DNA from: an uncultured Bacteroides sp.
GTDB lineage: Bacteria; Bacteroidota; Bacteroidia; Bacteroidales; Muribaculaceae
DNA: 64,000 nucleotides
Direction: 5' to 3'
Assembly: GCA_964384885.1 (NCBI GenBank)
Contig: CAYLMR010000002.1
Span: forward strand, 10,137-74,136
The notes under the pieces are model-generated. The model was not told where the DNA came from and ran no database searches. It worked only from the letters and a program-made list of their open reading frames with translations. A program made the position numbers and the translations under genes. This document shows positions 47,577-57,263 of this stretch, piece by piece; the stretch's first letter is position 1; the number at the start of each line of letters is the position of its first letter.

Positions 47577-48781
47577 CAGTCGATGAGTTGTCGGAGCATT
47601 GCGGCCCACTCCTTGCGCAAGGTTTTGGCATTGAAGTGAGTTTTGATCTTCTCGCGCGAGGCGATGGCGCAGGCGTCATGTCGAGCCGGGGTGTCGATAT
47701 ATGGGGCGATGCCTCTCACAAACTGTTCAGGCTCGGGATCGAGGGGAAGCACGATTCCGCAATCATCGTCGACAGCCTCGGCGCTTCCGCCGGCGTCGGT
47801 GATAATGGGGGGAATGCCGAGGCTCATCGCCTCCATGAGGGCCACAGGCAAGCCCTCGATAGTGCTGAGCAGAATAAACCAGTCATACTGGCCGTTGATA
47901 AGGATTTCGATTACCTGCTGATGAGGCAGATTGCCCGCAAACTGAGCCTTGAAATTGGGCTGGGTGCCGAAGATGGGATCGGATTGCTCGGCAAGCTCCT
48001 TAAGGTGCTCGATCTCCTCGGGCGAGCCGCCAAGATGGGTGAGACGGATTTCATAATCGGGGCGTGCCACCGCAAGGGCGCGGAGAAAACTGATGTTATA
48101 GTCAACACGCTTTTCGGGAGCCACACGCGAGCAGGAGATGAAGCTGAGATTCTTGAAGGCTCTCACCGGCGGCATGGCGGTCTCTTCGGGAATGTCGACA
48201 CCGAGATAGGCGGTTGAGATCTTATCGGCCGCCGAGGGGAATTTTTCTTTAAGCTCATCAGCTCCCTGACGACTCACGGTCCATACCCCTTCGGAGGCTT
48301 TGAGGGTGGCGAGACGCAGCTTGGGAGCCTTATTCATGCGCACATCATAGCCGTGGGCGCGAGATATGAAGCGTATGCCGGTCATGCGCTTGAGATTCAT
48401 GAGCGCCACCGCGCCGAGGTCAAACCAAAACGAGTAGCCGAGAGTCTTGGCGGGGTCGAGCTTTTCACGGGTCACCATCTCACGGATGGCCGCGGCTATC
48501 GACGAGCAGGCAACGGCATAGGCGGGAGCTTCAAATAATCCGGGGCTGAGGTTGAGGTTGAGAAGCCTTTTCCACTTTCTGGTCATTATGCCCGAATCAA
48601 TCACACAACGGCTCACCTCAACCCCTTCGGGCAGAGGATGACATGTGCCGCGGTCCATGATTGGCACCAGGATGACGCGGTCGAACTGCCCGAGCAGGTC
48701 ATTAAGCTCAGGCTCTACGAAAGCGGTTTCGGTCAGTGAGCCGAGGGGATAGCTCTCGGTTACAAGTATAAGGTTGGCCAT
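47576..48781 (-). CDS. Glycosyltransferase family 4
   Basis: RAHGYD, SRV.PEKR, EGLPVALMEAMSLGIP. Confidence 0.9.
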   Translation of the reverse strand: MANLILVTESYPLGSLTETAFVEPELNDLLGQFDRVILVPIMDRGTCHPLPEGVEVSRCVIDSGIMTRKWKRLLNLNLSPGLFEAPAYAVACSSIAAAIREMVTREKLDPAKTLGYSFWFDLGAVALMNLKRMTGIRFISRAHGYDVRMNKAPKLRLATLKASEGVWTVSRQGADELKEKFPSAADKISTAYLGVDIPEETAMPPVRAFKNLSFISCSRVAPEKRVDYNISFLRALAVARPDYEIRLTHLGGSPEEIEHLKELAEQSDPIFGTQPNFKAQFAGNLPHQQVIEILINGQYDWFILLSTIEGLPVALMEAMSLGIPPIITDAGGSAEAVDDDCGIVLPLDPEPEQFVRGIAPYIDTPARHDACAIASREKIKTHFNAKTLRKEWAAMLRQLID

Positions 48782-48872
48782 TGATCGGAATGATGATGAT
48801 TGGTTATGCAAAGTTAACCCGATTTTTTCTAACTCACAATAATTAAAGGTTGCGAAACGTTAAAAAATCATT

Positions 48873-49877
48873 ATGACAGCCGAGCAGATTACAATGATAG
48901 TGCCTGTGAGAAACAGGGCGCGTCTTATAGGCGAAACTCTCGACATGATTGTCAGACAGACAGTCCTGCCGGGTCACCTGATTATTGTTGACAACAATTC
49001 AACCGACGGCACTTTGGAGGCCGTGAGGGAGTGGATGGAGCATAATCCCCGGAGCGAGATGAGGATTGATCTGCTCAGTGAGCCTGTCAAAGGGGCATCG
49101 GCGGCGCGCAACAGGGGGCTCGAAGCGGTCGACACAAAATATGTGATGTGTTTTGATTCCGACGACATCATGCATCCCACACATATTGCCGGCATTGCTG
49201 CGGAGCTTGAGGCGAGGCCCGACGTTGAGCTGCTCTATTTCGATCGCATGATTCGCGACGAGGAGATGTGGACCGAGATTAAATCGGTGGCTGATAAAGA
49301 TTTGCTCAGGGCTCAGATATTGCATTGCATTCTCAGCACCCAGTCGTATGTATCCACCGCCGAGCTGATGAGTCGCGCGGGGGGATGGAACGAGAGTCTT
49401 CCCCGGTGGAATGATTATGAGCTGGGTGTGAGGCTGCTGATTGAAAACCCGGTGACATTGAAACTCAATACAGAGCCTTCGGTAGTGATAATCCACCGTG
49501 AGGATTCGATTTCGGCCGCAACGCTGAGCTCTGATTCCGAGGTGGTGTCGCAGGCTCTCGACGCCATGAGCGAATCGCTAAGTCGCGCGGCCTCGCAAGG
49601 TGACGACGCTGAGCAGAGCGCCCGCCTGACCCATGCATTGAAGTATGTCAATGTGAGACGCGTGGTGCTCGCCGCCCTGATTGCCCGCGAGGGTGACGAG
49701 AAGAGGGGTCAGCAGCTGTTTGACCGCTTCACCGAAGGGTTACCCTCGGGCGATGTGTCGCGCTTAAGATTGATTTACAGTGTGGTGAAGCTGTTGGGCC
49801 GAGGTGGCTCGGCGTTGGGAAAACTGCTTTTCCGTCAGCCTGTCAGCAAAGACAGTCGTCGCAAGAGCAGTGTATAA
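48873..49877 (+). CDS. Glycosyltransferase family 2
   Basis: IVPVRNR, IVDNNSTDGT, SAARNRGL, FDSDD. Confidence 0.9.
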   Translation: MTAEQITMIVPVRNRARLIGETLDMIVRQTVLPGHLIIVDNNSTDGTLEAVREWMEHNPRSEMRIDLLSEPVKGASAARNRGLEAVDTKYVMCFDSDDIMHPTHIAGIAAELEARPDVELLYFDRMIRDEEMWTEIKSVADKDLLRAQILHCILSTQSYVSTAELMSRAGGWNESLPRWNDYELGVRLLIENPVTLKLNTEPSVVIIHREDSISAATLSSDSEVVSQALDAMSESLSRAASQGDDAEQSARLTHALKYVNVRRVVLAALIAREGDEKRGQQLFDRFTEGLPSGDVSRLRLIYSVVKLLGRGGSALGKLLFRQPVSKDSRRKSSV

Positions 49878-50547
49878 CATGCGAGCTTGACTTACATTCC
49901 ATAACCCGGCGGTCGACCATGATGTGGCGTGTGGCCATGTTGGATATGGTGGTCATTTCGTGACTCACGAGCACAATGGTGCCTCCCCCCGAATGGAATT
50001 TAGAGAGAATGTCATATAGCTCGTGCTCGAAATGCTTGTCGAGATAGCTCAGCGGCTCGTCGAGCACCAGCAGGGGAGGATTGCCCACAAGGGCGCGCCC
50101 GAGAAGTGTGCGCTGCAACTGGCCTCCCGACAGGGCGCCGATGGGATTGTCGGCATGGCTCATCAGCTCCATTTCGGCTATCATCCCTTCTACACGTTCA
50201 TGTTTTTCCTCCTTTGAAAGATCGGCGTTGTCGCGCCCCATCAGGCCGGTGGCTATGACTTCGCGCACGGTGATGGGAAAACGCGAGTCGATGGCATTTT
50301 TCTGAGGCAGGTAGCCGGGAATAAACCGCGAGTGATATTCCACCCTGCCGCGAGTGGGGGTAAGGAGCCTGAGCATTATTTTGAGGAGGGTGGATTTTCC
50401 TCCGCCATTGGGACCGGTCACGGCAAGAAACTCCCCGCGATGTAGCTGCAGGTTGACATCCGACAGCACCGTGCGCCGGCCGTAGCTCATTGTTATGTCT
50501 GAAAGCGAGATAATTATGTCACACCCGCAGTGGTTATCGTGGCTCAT
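49843..50547 (-). CDS. znuC: Metal (Zn/Mn) ABC transporter ATP-binding protein
   Basis: GPNGGGKST, GYLPQ, LSGGQLQR, LVLDEP, VSHE; His/Cys-rich ends. Confidence 0.85.
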   Translation of the reverse strand: MSHDNHCGCDIIISLSDITMSYGRRTVLSDVNLQLHRGEFLAVTGPNGGGKSTLLKIMLRLLTPTRGRVEYHSRFIPGYLPQKNAIDSRFPITVREVIATGLMGRDNADLSKEEKHERVEGMIAEMELMSHADNPIGALSGGQLQRTLLGRALVGNPPLLVLDEPLSYLDKHFEHELYDILSKFHSGGGTIVLVSHEMTTISNMATRHIMVDRRVMECKSSSHVIHCSCDDCLC

Positions 50548-51457
50548 GGGTTGAAGGGTTGTTGAGTTTGAGGGTTTCTACTACTTTTTCGAGGCTTGTC
50601 TGCCAGTTATAGTCGAGAGGGTCGAATTCCACTACCGGAATATCGAGCTGTGAGGTAACCGTGGCCGCTACTCTCGGGTCGAGACCGCGGGCGGTGAAAA
50701 ACACGAGCGGCCTATCGTCATGACCTGACATTGAGAGAATTTCGTGGAGCTTGGCGGGGGTGGTTTCCTTGTGCTGGGCCGAAACGGAGTGCTGCCCGAG
50801 GTTGTAGTCGCGGGCAAAGTAGCTCAGGGCGGGGTGCCACATCATGAAGCTCTTGCCTTTCAGCGGAGCCAGTTCTGCGCTCCAGCTGCTGTCGAGAGAG
50901 TCGAGACGGTTGACAAGCCGGTCATATCGCTCTGTGTAATAGGGCTCTCCCTCCGGGTCGAGGCGGCAGAGGGTGGCGAGCATGTTGCCGGCCATGACGC
51001 GCAGATTTCTCACCGAGCTCCATGTGTGGGGGTCGGGCTGCTCGGCGCCTTCCTCCTCGTGATCGTCGTCGCCGTCGTCATGATGATGGGCATGGGAATG
51101 GGTGTCTTTAACCGGCACTATGCCCTCCGAGCAGTTGACCATGCGGCTCACGGCCTCGGGAGTGAGGCGGTTGGAGAGCTGCTTCTCAAAATCCACGTTG
51201 CCGATCATAAAGTAGGCATCGTTGCGCTCAAGTCTCATCATCGACGCAAAGGTGGGCTCGTAGGTCTCCGGATCGGCGCCACCCCTGAGCAGGGTTACAA
51301 CCTCGGCCCGGTTGCCGGCAATCTCCTCAAGGATAGCCCTCTGAGGCTCGATGCTCACGGTGAGGCTGAGCTTCCGGGCGTCGGAGGCCTCCCGACGTGA
51401 GCAGCTCATCGCCGCAAGAGCGAGCGCCAGTATCAGCAATATGACATATTTGTTCAT
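50534..51457 (-). CDS. znuA: Metal (Zn/Mn) ABC transporter substrate-binding lipoprotein
   Basis: Lipobox MSC; DPETYEP, His/Asp-rich loop HSHAHHHDDGDDDH, DPHTW, HPALSYFARDY. Confidence 0.85.
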   Translation of the reverse strand: MNKYVILLILALALAAMSCSRREASDARKLSLTVSIEPQRAILEEIAGNRAEVVTLLRGGADPETYEPTFASMMRLERNDAYFMIGNVDFEKQLSNRLTPEAVSRMVNCSEGIVPVKDTHSHAHHHDDGDDDHEEEGAEQPDPHTWSSVRNLRVMAGNMLATLCRLDPEGEPYYTERYDRLVNRLDSLDSSWSAELAPLKGKSFMMWHPALSYFARDYNLGQHSVSAQHKETTPAKLHEILSMSGHDDRPLVFFTARGLDPRVAATVTSQLDIPVVEFDPLDYNWQTSLEKVVETLKLNNPSTHEPR

Positions 51458-51686
51458 AACTATTCGTGGAAAAACACACACAAAGTTAGCAATTTCCCCG
51501 CGTAGTTATCCACCAAAGCAGGCTAAAGATAGGTGAAAGAAAGATAAAAATTAGTTTTGCAGGCAGAAATAAACAAAATAATCTGCTGAATTGTTGATAT
51601 TAGAAAGGTGGTTAAAAGTTTTTTTATTACTTTTGCCGCGAATATATATAAATTCAAGTTTATAAAATCTTTAAAAATTAATTATT

Positions 51687-51899
51687 ATGAATGTTGAACA
51701 GATTGGCACATGGGCCGGCCAGGTTTGGGAGGCTCTCAACATGGCGGATGTGCTCGGAATCAAACAGATCAGAAAAGTAACCAAGCTCAAAGACAAAGAA
51801 GTTGTTTTTGCTCTCGGATGGCTTGCCCGCGAAGGTAAAGTAGCCTTTGAAGAGACTGGCGATGACAAAGAAATTCTTGTAAGACTGGTTCAGGAATAA
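51687..51899 (+). CDS. Small winged-helix protein (DUF2582-like)
   Basis: IG..AG.VW..L....KLK....ALGWLAREGK. Confidence 0.85.
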   Translation: MNVEQIGTWAGQVWEALNMADVLGIKQIRKVTKLKDKEVVFALGWLAREGKVAFEETGDDKEILVRLVQE

Positions 51900-51941
51900 G
51901 GACTTAAGTTCCGAAGCATAACTTCGGAATAGGCTATACGC

Positions 51942-51983
51942 GCGTTGCCCGGCTCATGATTGTGTAAGGGGTGACGCTTTTTT
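51942..51983 (+). terminator. Intrinsic terminator after the winged-helix gene
   Basis: GCGTTGCCC...GGGTGACGC-TTTTTT. Confidence 0.6.
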
Positions 51984-52016
51984 ATGTTTTAACCCATCAA
52001 TCCCCGAAAAATCCCT

Positions 52017-52958
52017 ATGCAAGCTCTGGTGATAAAAAACACAGGCAGCCTCTATACGGTGCTCACCGACAACGGTAATACTCTCAACTGTGCCCTCAAA
52101 GGTAATTTCAGAATCAAGGGCATAAGGACTACCAACCCTGTGGCGGTCGGTGACAGGGTGGAGGTGTCGGTCGACGAGACGATGCAGACGGGATATATCA
52201 CCGCCATCGAGCCGAGGCGCAACTACATCATCAGGCGCGCGTCAAACCTCTCGAAAGAGGCACATATCATTGCCGCCAATCTCGACAGCGCCTTTCTGAT
52301 TGTCACGCTCGTCAACCCCGTGACCTCGACAACGTTTATCGACCGCTTTCTCGCCACAGCTGAGGCCTATCGCATCAAGGCGACCATCGTGATCAACAAG
52401 ATTGACCTCCTTACCGAGCCTGACGACAAGGAATTGCTCGAAGCTATGGCCTATCTCTATCGCAGCATAGGCTATAAGGTGATAGAATGTTCGGCCGAGA
52501 CCGGCGAGGGCATCGAGGAGCTAAGGCATGAGCTTAAAGACAAGGTGTCGCTACTGTCGGGCAACTCGGGCGTGGGTAAGAGCACCCTTATCAACCGGCT
52601 CATTCCGGGGCTTAACCTCCGCACCGCCGAGATTTCGGAATCCCATCTCACCGGTATGCACACCACAACATTCTCCGAGATGTTCAAGCTCCCTGAAGGT
52701 GGTTATATCATCGACACTCCCGGAGTGAGAGGCTTCGGCACGATTGACTTCGACGCCAAAGAGGTGAGCCATTTCTTCCCCGAGATTTTTGAGGCAGGGT
52801 TGGAGTGCCGATACAGCGATTGCTCACACACCCATGAGCCCGGATGTGAGGTGAGGAGACGCCTCGATGAAAACCTTATTGCCGCTTCGCGCTATGCCAG
52901 CTATCTGAGCATACTCGAAGACGATGTTAACCACGAGAAATACCGCAAGCCGTTTTAA
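52017..52958 (+). CDS. rsgA: Ribosome small subunit-dependent GTPase A
   Basis: VAVGD.V, NKID, GNSGVGKS, HTTT, DTPG, C..DC.H.HEPGC zinc site. Confidence 0.96.
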   Translation: MQALVIKNTGSLYTVLTDNGNTLNCALKGNFRIKGIRTTNPVAVGDRVEVSVDETMQTGYITAIEPRRNYIIRRASNLSKEAHIIAANLDSAFLIVTLVNPVTSTTFIDRFLATAEAYRIKATIVINKIDLLTEPDDKELLEAMAYLYRSIGYKVIECSAETGEGIEELRHELKDKVSLLSGNSGVGKSTLINRLIPGLNLRTAEISESHLTGMHTTTFSEMFKLPEGGYIIDTPGVRGFGTIDFDAKEVSHFFPEIFEAGLECRYSDCSHTHEPGCEVRRRLDENLIAASRYASYLSILEDDVNHEKYRKPF

Positions 52959-52997
52959 TTCTGACGGTTGGCGGATTTAATTCTGACGGTTGGCGGA
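52954..52997. repeat. Perfect 22-bp tandem duplication at the convergent gene ends
   Basis: TTTAATTCTGACGGTTGGCGGA at 52954-52975 and 52976-52997. Confidence 0.9.
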
Positions 52998-53384
52998 GAG
53001 ACGCCCGGCCAACCACACCGCCGCCGTGGCAAAGGCTCCTAAAGCGTCGGCGGCAAGATCGAGCCAATCGCCATAACGCCCCAAACCCATGGCTGTCTGA
53101 GCCAACTCGACTGCTCCGCCGGCAGCTGTTGAAATAAGGGCTATGAGGATGGCTGAAAGGACGATGCGCCCCGTCGAGGCTGTGCGTCCGCGCCAAAACT
53201 CGGTGAGCCAAGCCATTGTGAGCAGTCCGAATAAACCCATGTGGACCGTCTTGTCGAAACTCTCCCACGGGGGCGAGAGCAGCGACATATCCTCTGACAC
53301 AGGCGCCAAAGTGAGCCACCCCGTCACGGCAGCCACCACAAAAGTAAACTTATATCTACAGATAAAACTCATCATTTTCTCCAT
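52977..53384 (-). CDS. VanZ-like membrane protein
   Basis: DKTVH..LF..L, GG..EL.Q, R.GDWLD..AD..G. Confidence 0.85.
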   Translation of the reverse strand: MEKMMSFICRYKFTFVVAAVTGWLTLAPVSEDMSLLSPPWESFDKTVHMGLFGLLTMAWLTEFWRGRTASTGRIVLSAILIALISTAAGGAVELAQTAMGLGRYGDWLDLAADALGAFATAAVWLAGRLSANRQN

Positions 53385-53468
53385 ATTCACCCGCAAATTT
53401 ACTCATAATATTCCAATTCCGCCCACTCCCGATTCGTTCGTAAAACTCGCACACCGGGATTTCTTATG

Positions 53469-53675
53469 TTAGTGGTTTGCTCTGAGTTCATCGATCAATT
53501 CTTCGATGATATAATCATCACTCATCAGTTGGAGACCATATTTCGGGTCAGTCATCTGCTCATATACCTTTGTGTTGTAGTAAAGGTCAAGAGCTCGCTC
53601 GGGTGGTATATTCAAGGTTTCGGCCAAAAGCATAATTATTCGGCTCTGCTTGCGCCATAACACATTGTCTCTCAT
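53469..53675 (-). CDS. DUF3791-like small protein
   Basis: II.LLAE.L.I....AL..YY...Y......YGL..MSDDYII.E. Confidence 0.75.
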   Translation of the reverse strand: MRDNVLWRKQSRIIMLLAETLNIPPERALDLYYNTKVYEQMTDPKYGLQLMSDDYIIEELIDELRANH

Positions 53676-53688
53676 ATCTTATAATCGT

Positions 53689-54189
53689 TTAGTCAGAAGC
53701 AGTTTCCGATTGTATGAAAACCAAATATTTATCTATGATTTCCTGATTGAGTATGCAGATCTGGTGATTAACTTTCTTATAGCGCAACTGGCCGAGTGCT
53801 TGTTCTGCCGTGATAATACCGTTCTCATAGTCCTCGACAGTGTCAATTACATTATCGTTGGCAACGCCCCCTTCTACTATATCATAGAGTTTCTGCATTT
53901 CACCTCCACGCCTGCAATCTATCACATACTCAAGCCATTCAAGATTATATGACTCAAATATCTTAACGCGGAAACCATCATTTTTTGCTGAGGTATAGTC
54001 TAAAGTATATTCCGAAACGACAGGCTGCTTATTCCTACCTTTTCTTTCTGCGATAGTTTCGGCCCATGCTTTTGCTTGACTATGTAAATTAGTGAGGTAG
54101 AAACCGTGGCCGAAGTCTACCTTTTTTCTTCCTAATGCCACCAATGGCGATGAAACTGCAGTATATGAACCGTGATAGAGTGTTATCAT
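53689..54189 (-). CDS. DUF3990-like protein (putative ADP-ribosyltransferase-like fold)
   Basis: Start MITLYHGS; DFGHGFYLT, QA..WA, EWLEYV...R, YDIV.G.VAND, Q.C...Q. Confidence 0.8.
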   Translation of the reverse strand: MITLYHGSYTAVSSPLVALGRKKVDFGHGFYLTNLHSQAKAWAETIAERKGRNKQPVVSEYTLDYTSAKNDGFRVKIFESYNLEWLEYVIDCRRGGEMQKLYDIVEGGVANDNVIDTVEDYENGIITAEQALGQLRYKKVNHQICILNQEIIDKYLVFIQSETASD

Positions 54190-54416
54190 AGACCGGCCTC
54201 CCAGTTTAAAAGAGTTTCGCTGATGTCGTCGGCAACCCAATCAAGGCTTTGAGTATGAAGTTCCTCATATCTCTTAATAAGTCGGTTTTGGATTAAGCCT
54301 TGCTTGCTTAATCGGTCGTGCATCTCCTTGCCGGAAATGCCCAATTTGCGGGCGCCACTCTCTATCGCCATTACAGCAAAATGAATGCGTCGATATATGT
54401 CGCTATCAGTATTCAT
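54186..54416 (-). CDS. DUF3791-like small protein
   Basis: FAV..IE..A.KL..S.......L...GLI...LI..YE.LHTQS..W...DI; overlaps the next gene by 4 nt. Confidence 0.78.
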   Translation of the reverse strand: MNTDSDIYRRIHFAVMAIESGARKLGISGKEMHDRLSKQGLIQNRLIKRYEELHTQSLDWVADDISETLLNWEAGL

Positions 54417-54618
54417 ATCGGGGGATTAAATGAAGTTATTACCCGCAAATTTACTCATACCTCAGCACATGTGCAAAAAATGCACAAGCAGGATGTAGAA
54501 TAATCTGCGAAATAGAGCGGATAGGCCGTTAGGATGAGATTGGGGTGAAGAGGATGCCCCCGTGGCTGAGGGCAGTCACGGGGGCAGAAGGGACAATTAC
54601 AGGGGGTATCCCCGGGAA

Positions 54619-56235
54619 TTAGTTGAGGTTGAGGGGGTGGAGGCGTTGGCGGGTGCGCACGAGGTGGCGAAGAGTGCGGCGCACGGTTTTCCATTTGGGG
54701 AAGATGGCGGCGGGGCGCACGGTGCTGTAGCTTACCGTTATGATACACAGCACCGCTAAGGCAACGATGAGCAGCCAGCCAAACACTTCTTTCATGCTCT
54801 CGACAAGTGCCTGACCCTGAACCATGCCCATAAGATCGCCTATGGGGATGAATGAGGTTTCGGGCACGGTGTCGGTCACTCCTGCGCCAAGCAGAGCCAC
54901 GTTGCGGGCAAAGACGTGGCGGAAAAATTCGCCCACAATGGCGGGGCCGAGGGCAGCGCCCATCACGGCACCGGTAAAGCCATTGATGGTGAGGGCCTGC
55001 GGAAAGACAAAGAAATGCAAACCGCTCTGCACAATCGAGGTGAGAAACACAATCGAAATAATCACAGAGGCTGCTCCGCGGCAGAACAGGGGGAGGAAGA
55101 GCATCTCTTTCTCCACTCCGTAGTCGATAGTGAAATAGAAGTAGGCCAGATAGAAAGTGGCAAAGGCAAAGCCTATGGCTGTCATGGTTTTATATCGCCA
55201 TTTGCGTCGGGCAAAGGTGAAATAGGTTATCGCCACGCCGGCTATGATGCCGGCAAAGACATACCAGTTGAGGCTGATGAGGTTGAGCTCGTCAAAGCCG
55301 AGAATGTTGGCGGCATAGCTGTGCTCAAACACATGCTCGGTAGCGAGCAGGGTGAAAAACACAAGATAGACCAATGTGGCGCGGATGACGTTGCGGTTGG
55401 TCATGGCCATAAAGGAGATATAGGGATGGTGGAGGAAGGTGGCTCTCCAGAGGTTGATGGCCACGCAGACCACTCCGAGCAACACTGCGCCGCGAATCTC
55501 CACGGAGTCCCACCAGTCGTAGAAGTTGCCGTAGACACACACAAACACAAAGCAGAGCATAAAGATGGCCCACAGCGCGGAGCCTATCCAGTCGATGCCG
55601 AGCAGAGGAATCTGCATCGGCCCCTTGACCGGCCGCACCAATATCACCACCATGATCATCATGAGGGCGAGCGCTCCTATCATGATCCACTGCATGAACT
55701 CCCATTGGGAAAAGAAGGCGGTGTAGATAGTGGCAAGGCCGCTGAGCTGTATCACTCCGTCGACCACCAGGTAGACATAGCAGAAAAACACCGACATGTC
55801 GCGCACCGGCGTGAGCCACAGCTGAATGGTGGAGTTACACACAAGAGTGGCCCACATCCTGAACCATCCCGCTATGAAACACACGGCCACAAGCAGCGGC
55901 ACACTGGTGGTGAAGGCGCTGATGAAATTACACACTATCAGCGCCGATCCGCATATCAGGAGACCTATGCGGTTGGAAAATCTGAATTTGAGACGGAACA
56001 TGACGCAGAAGTTGATCGACATACCCACGAGCGACGCATAGCCGGCCATGAGAATATCCTCCTGCATGAGCGCTTTGGTGCCTACCATATCTGTAACCGC
56101 GGCGGGATAGATGCCTCCCGAAAACTGAATTATCAGCACGAAAAACACAAAGAGCCACGGCTTGAGGCGGCGGGGAATATAGTCGGGAATATCGGGTATG
56201 TCAAACCCTCCCTGACCTTTAGGATGATGTTCCAT
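54619..56235 (-). CDS. MFS (EmrB/DHA2-like) efflux inner-membrane component
   Basis: About 14 hydrophobic helices, IDWIG motif; downstream of the HlyD and TolC genes. Confidence 0.8.
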   Translation of the reverse strand: MEHHPKGQGGFDIPDIPDYIPRRLKPWLFVFFVLIIQFSGGIYPAAVTDMVGTKALMQEDILMAGYASLVGMSINFCVMFRLKFRFSNRIGLLICGSALIVCNFISAFTTSVPLLVAVCFIAGWFRMWATLVCNSTIQLWLTPVRDMSVFFCYVYLVVDGVIQLSGLATIYTAFFSQWEFMQWIMIGALALMMIMVVILVRPVKGPMQIPLLGIDWIGSALWAIFMLCFVFVCVYGNFYDWWDSVEIRGAVLLGVVCVAINLWRATFLHHPYISFMAMTNRNVIRATLVYLVFFTLLATEHVFEHSYAANILGFDELNLISLNWYVFAGIIAGVAITYFTFARRKWRYKTMTAIGFAFATFYLAYFYFTIDYGVEKEMLFLPLFCRGAASVIISIVFLTSIVQSGLHFFVFPQALTINGFTGAVMGAALGPAIVGEFFRHVFARNVALLGAGVTDTVPETSFIPIGDLMGMVQGQALVESMKEVFGWLLIVALAVLCIITVSYSTVRPAAIFPKWKTVRRTLRHLVRTRQRLHPLNLN

Positions 56236-57263
56236 CAGTATTCCACCTCACATTCCACATTCATGCCTCCCCTCAGCAGCGAGAGGTCCTCGCCGTTGTT
56301 GTCGAGCTCGATTCTCACCGGCACCCTCTGGCGCACCTTCACGAAATTGCCGGCCGAATTGTCCTGAGGCAGTAGAGACAGGGCCGAGCCTGTGGCGCCT
56401 GAAATCGAAACCACATGGCCGGAAAATTTCTTGCCGGGAAGCGCATCGACGCTGATTCTCACCACGCTGCCGGGGTGGATATGTTCGAGCTGGGTTTCCT
56501 TGAAATTGGCGGTGATCCACACCTCGCCGCTGTCGACAATGTCGAGCAGTGTCTGACCCGGCTGCACAAGCTGACCTGTCTGAATCTCCTTGCGCGAGGC
56601 ATAACCGTCGCAGGGTGAGGTAATCACGGTGTATGACAGGTTGAGCTCGGCCATGTCGACAAGAGCCTTGGCAAGCTCCACGCCGGCGTCGTTGGCGGCA
56701 ATGCGCTGACGGGTCTCGGCCACTACCGACGAGGTGGCTGATTTCTGTCTGAGCAACATCTCATAGCGGGCTTTGCGGGCTTCATAATCGGTCTTCACGG
56801 CGTCATACTGGCGGCGGGTCACAGCATCTTTGGCCAGCAGGTTGGTGTAGCGCTGAAGGTCGGCGGCGGCATTGTCCATCAGCACCTTGGCTTCGACAAT
56901 CGAGGCGTCGCTCACTGCAGCGTTGGCCGAGGCCACCCCTACGCTATAGTCGGCCACATTGCGGCCGGCAAGTGCATTCTGATAGTCAGCGCGGCTCTGG
57001 GCGAGTCGCACACGCATGTCGGCGTCGTCGATAATCACGAGGGTATCACCCTTTCTCACAGGTTCAAATTCCTTAAACCTTATCTCGCTGATGTAGCCCT
57101 GCACACGGCTGTTGATAGGCACAATCTGTCGCTGAACAACGGCGTTGTCGGTAAACTCCACCTTGCCGAAGTGAACAAACTTGTCGGCCACCCACACCAC
57201 GGCCAAAACTATGACAACCAATGTAACTATATATGAGATGATTTTCTTTGTGTGACGGTTCAT
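56235..57263 (-). CDS. HlyD/EmrA-family membrane fusion protein
   Basis: TDNA.V, SRVQGYI, LSYTVI.SP.DG, ANFKETQ, LLP.DN.AGNFVKV.QR.PV. Confidence 0.93.
   Translation of the reverse strand: MNRHTKKIISYIVTLVVIVLAVVWVADKFVHFGKVEFTDNAVVQRQIVPINSRVQGYISEIRFKEFEPVRKGDTLVIIDDADMRVRLAQSRADYQNALAGRNVADYSVGVASANAAVSDASIVEAKVLMDNAAADLQRYTNLLAKDAVTRRQYDAVKTDYEARKARYEMLLRQKSATSSVVAETRQRIAANDAGVELAKALVDMAELNLSYTVITSPCDGYASRKEIQTGQLVQPGQTLLDIVDSGEVWITANFKETQLEHIHPGSVVRISVDALPGKKFSGHVVSISGATGSALSLLPQDNSAGNFVKVRQRVPVRIELDNNGEDLSLLRGGMNVECEVEY

Larger units (their letters stand above)
53389..54459. mobile_element. ~1.05-kb three-gene cassette bounded by 19-bp direct repeats
   Basis: ACCCGCAAATTTACTCATA at 53389-53407 and 54441-54459; the interior is more AT-rich than the flanks. 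Confidence 0.55.

Noticed and set aside
49843-51457. Missing permease gene for the ZnuA/ZnuC pair
   Set aside because: The permease can be encoded at a separate locus; nothing in this window shows it is absent from the genome.
54555-54586. GC-rich hairpin downstream of the MFS gene as a terminator
   Set aside because: No U tract on either strand, so function cannot be supported.
54916-56367. 483-aa antisense ORF over the MFS gene, and many similar shadow ORFs (e.g. 29483-30259, 32815-33771)
   Set aside because: These are antisense in-register ORFs expected from GC-rich codon bias; none has recognisable motifs.
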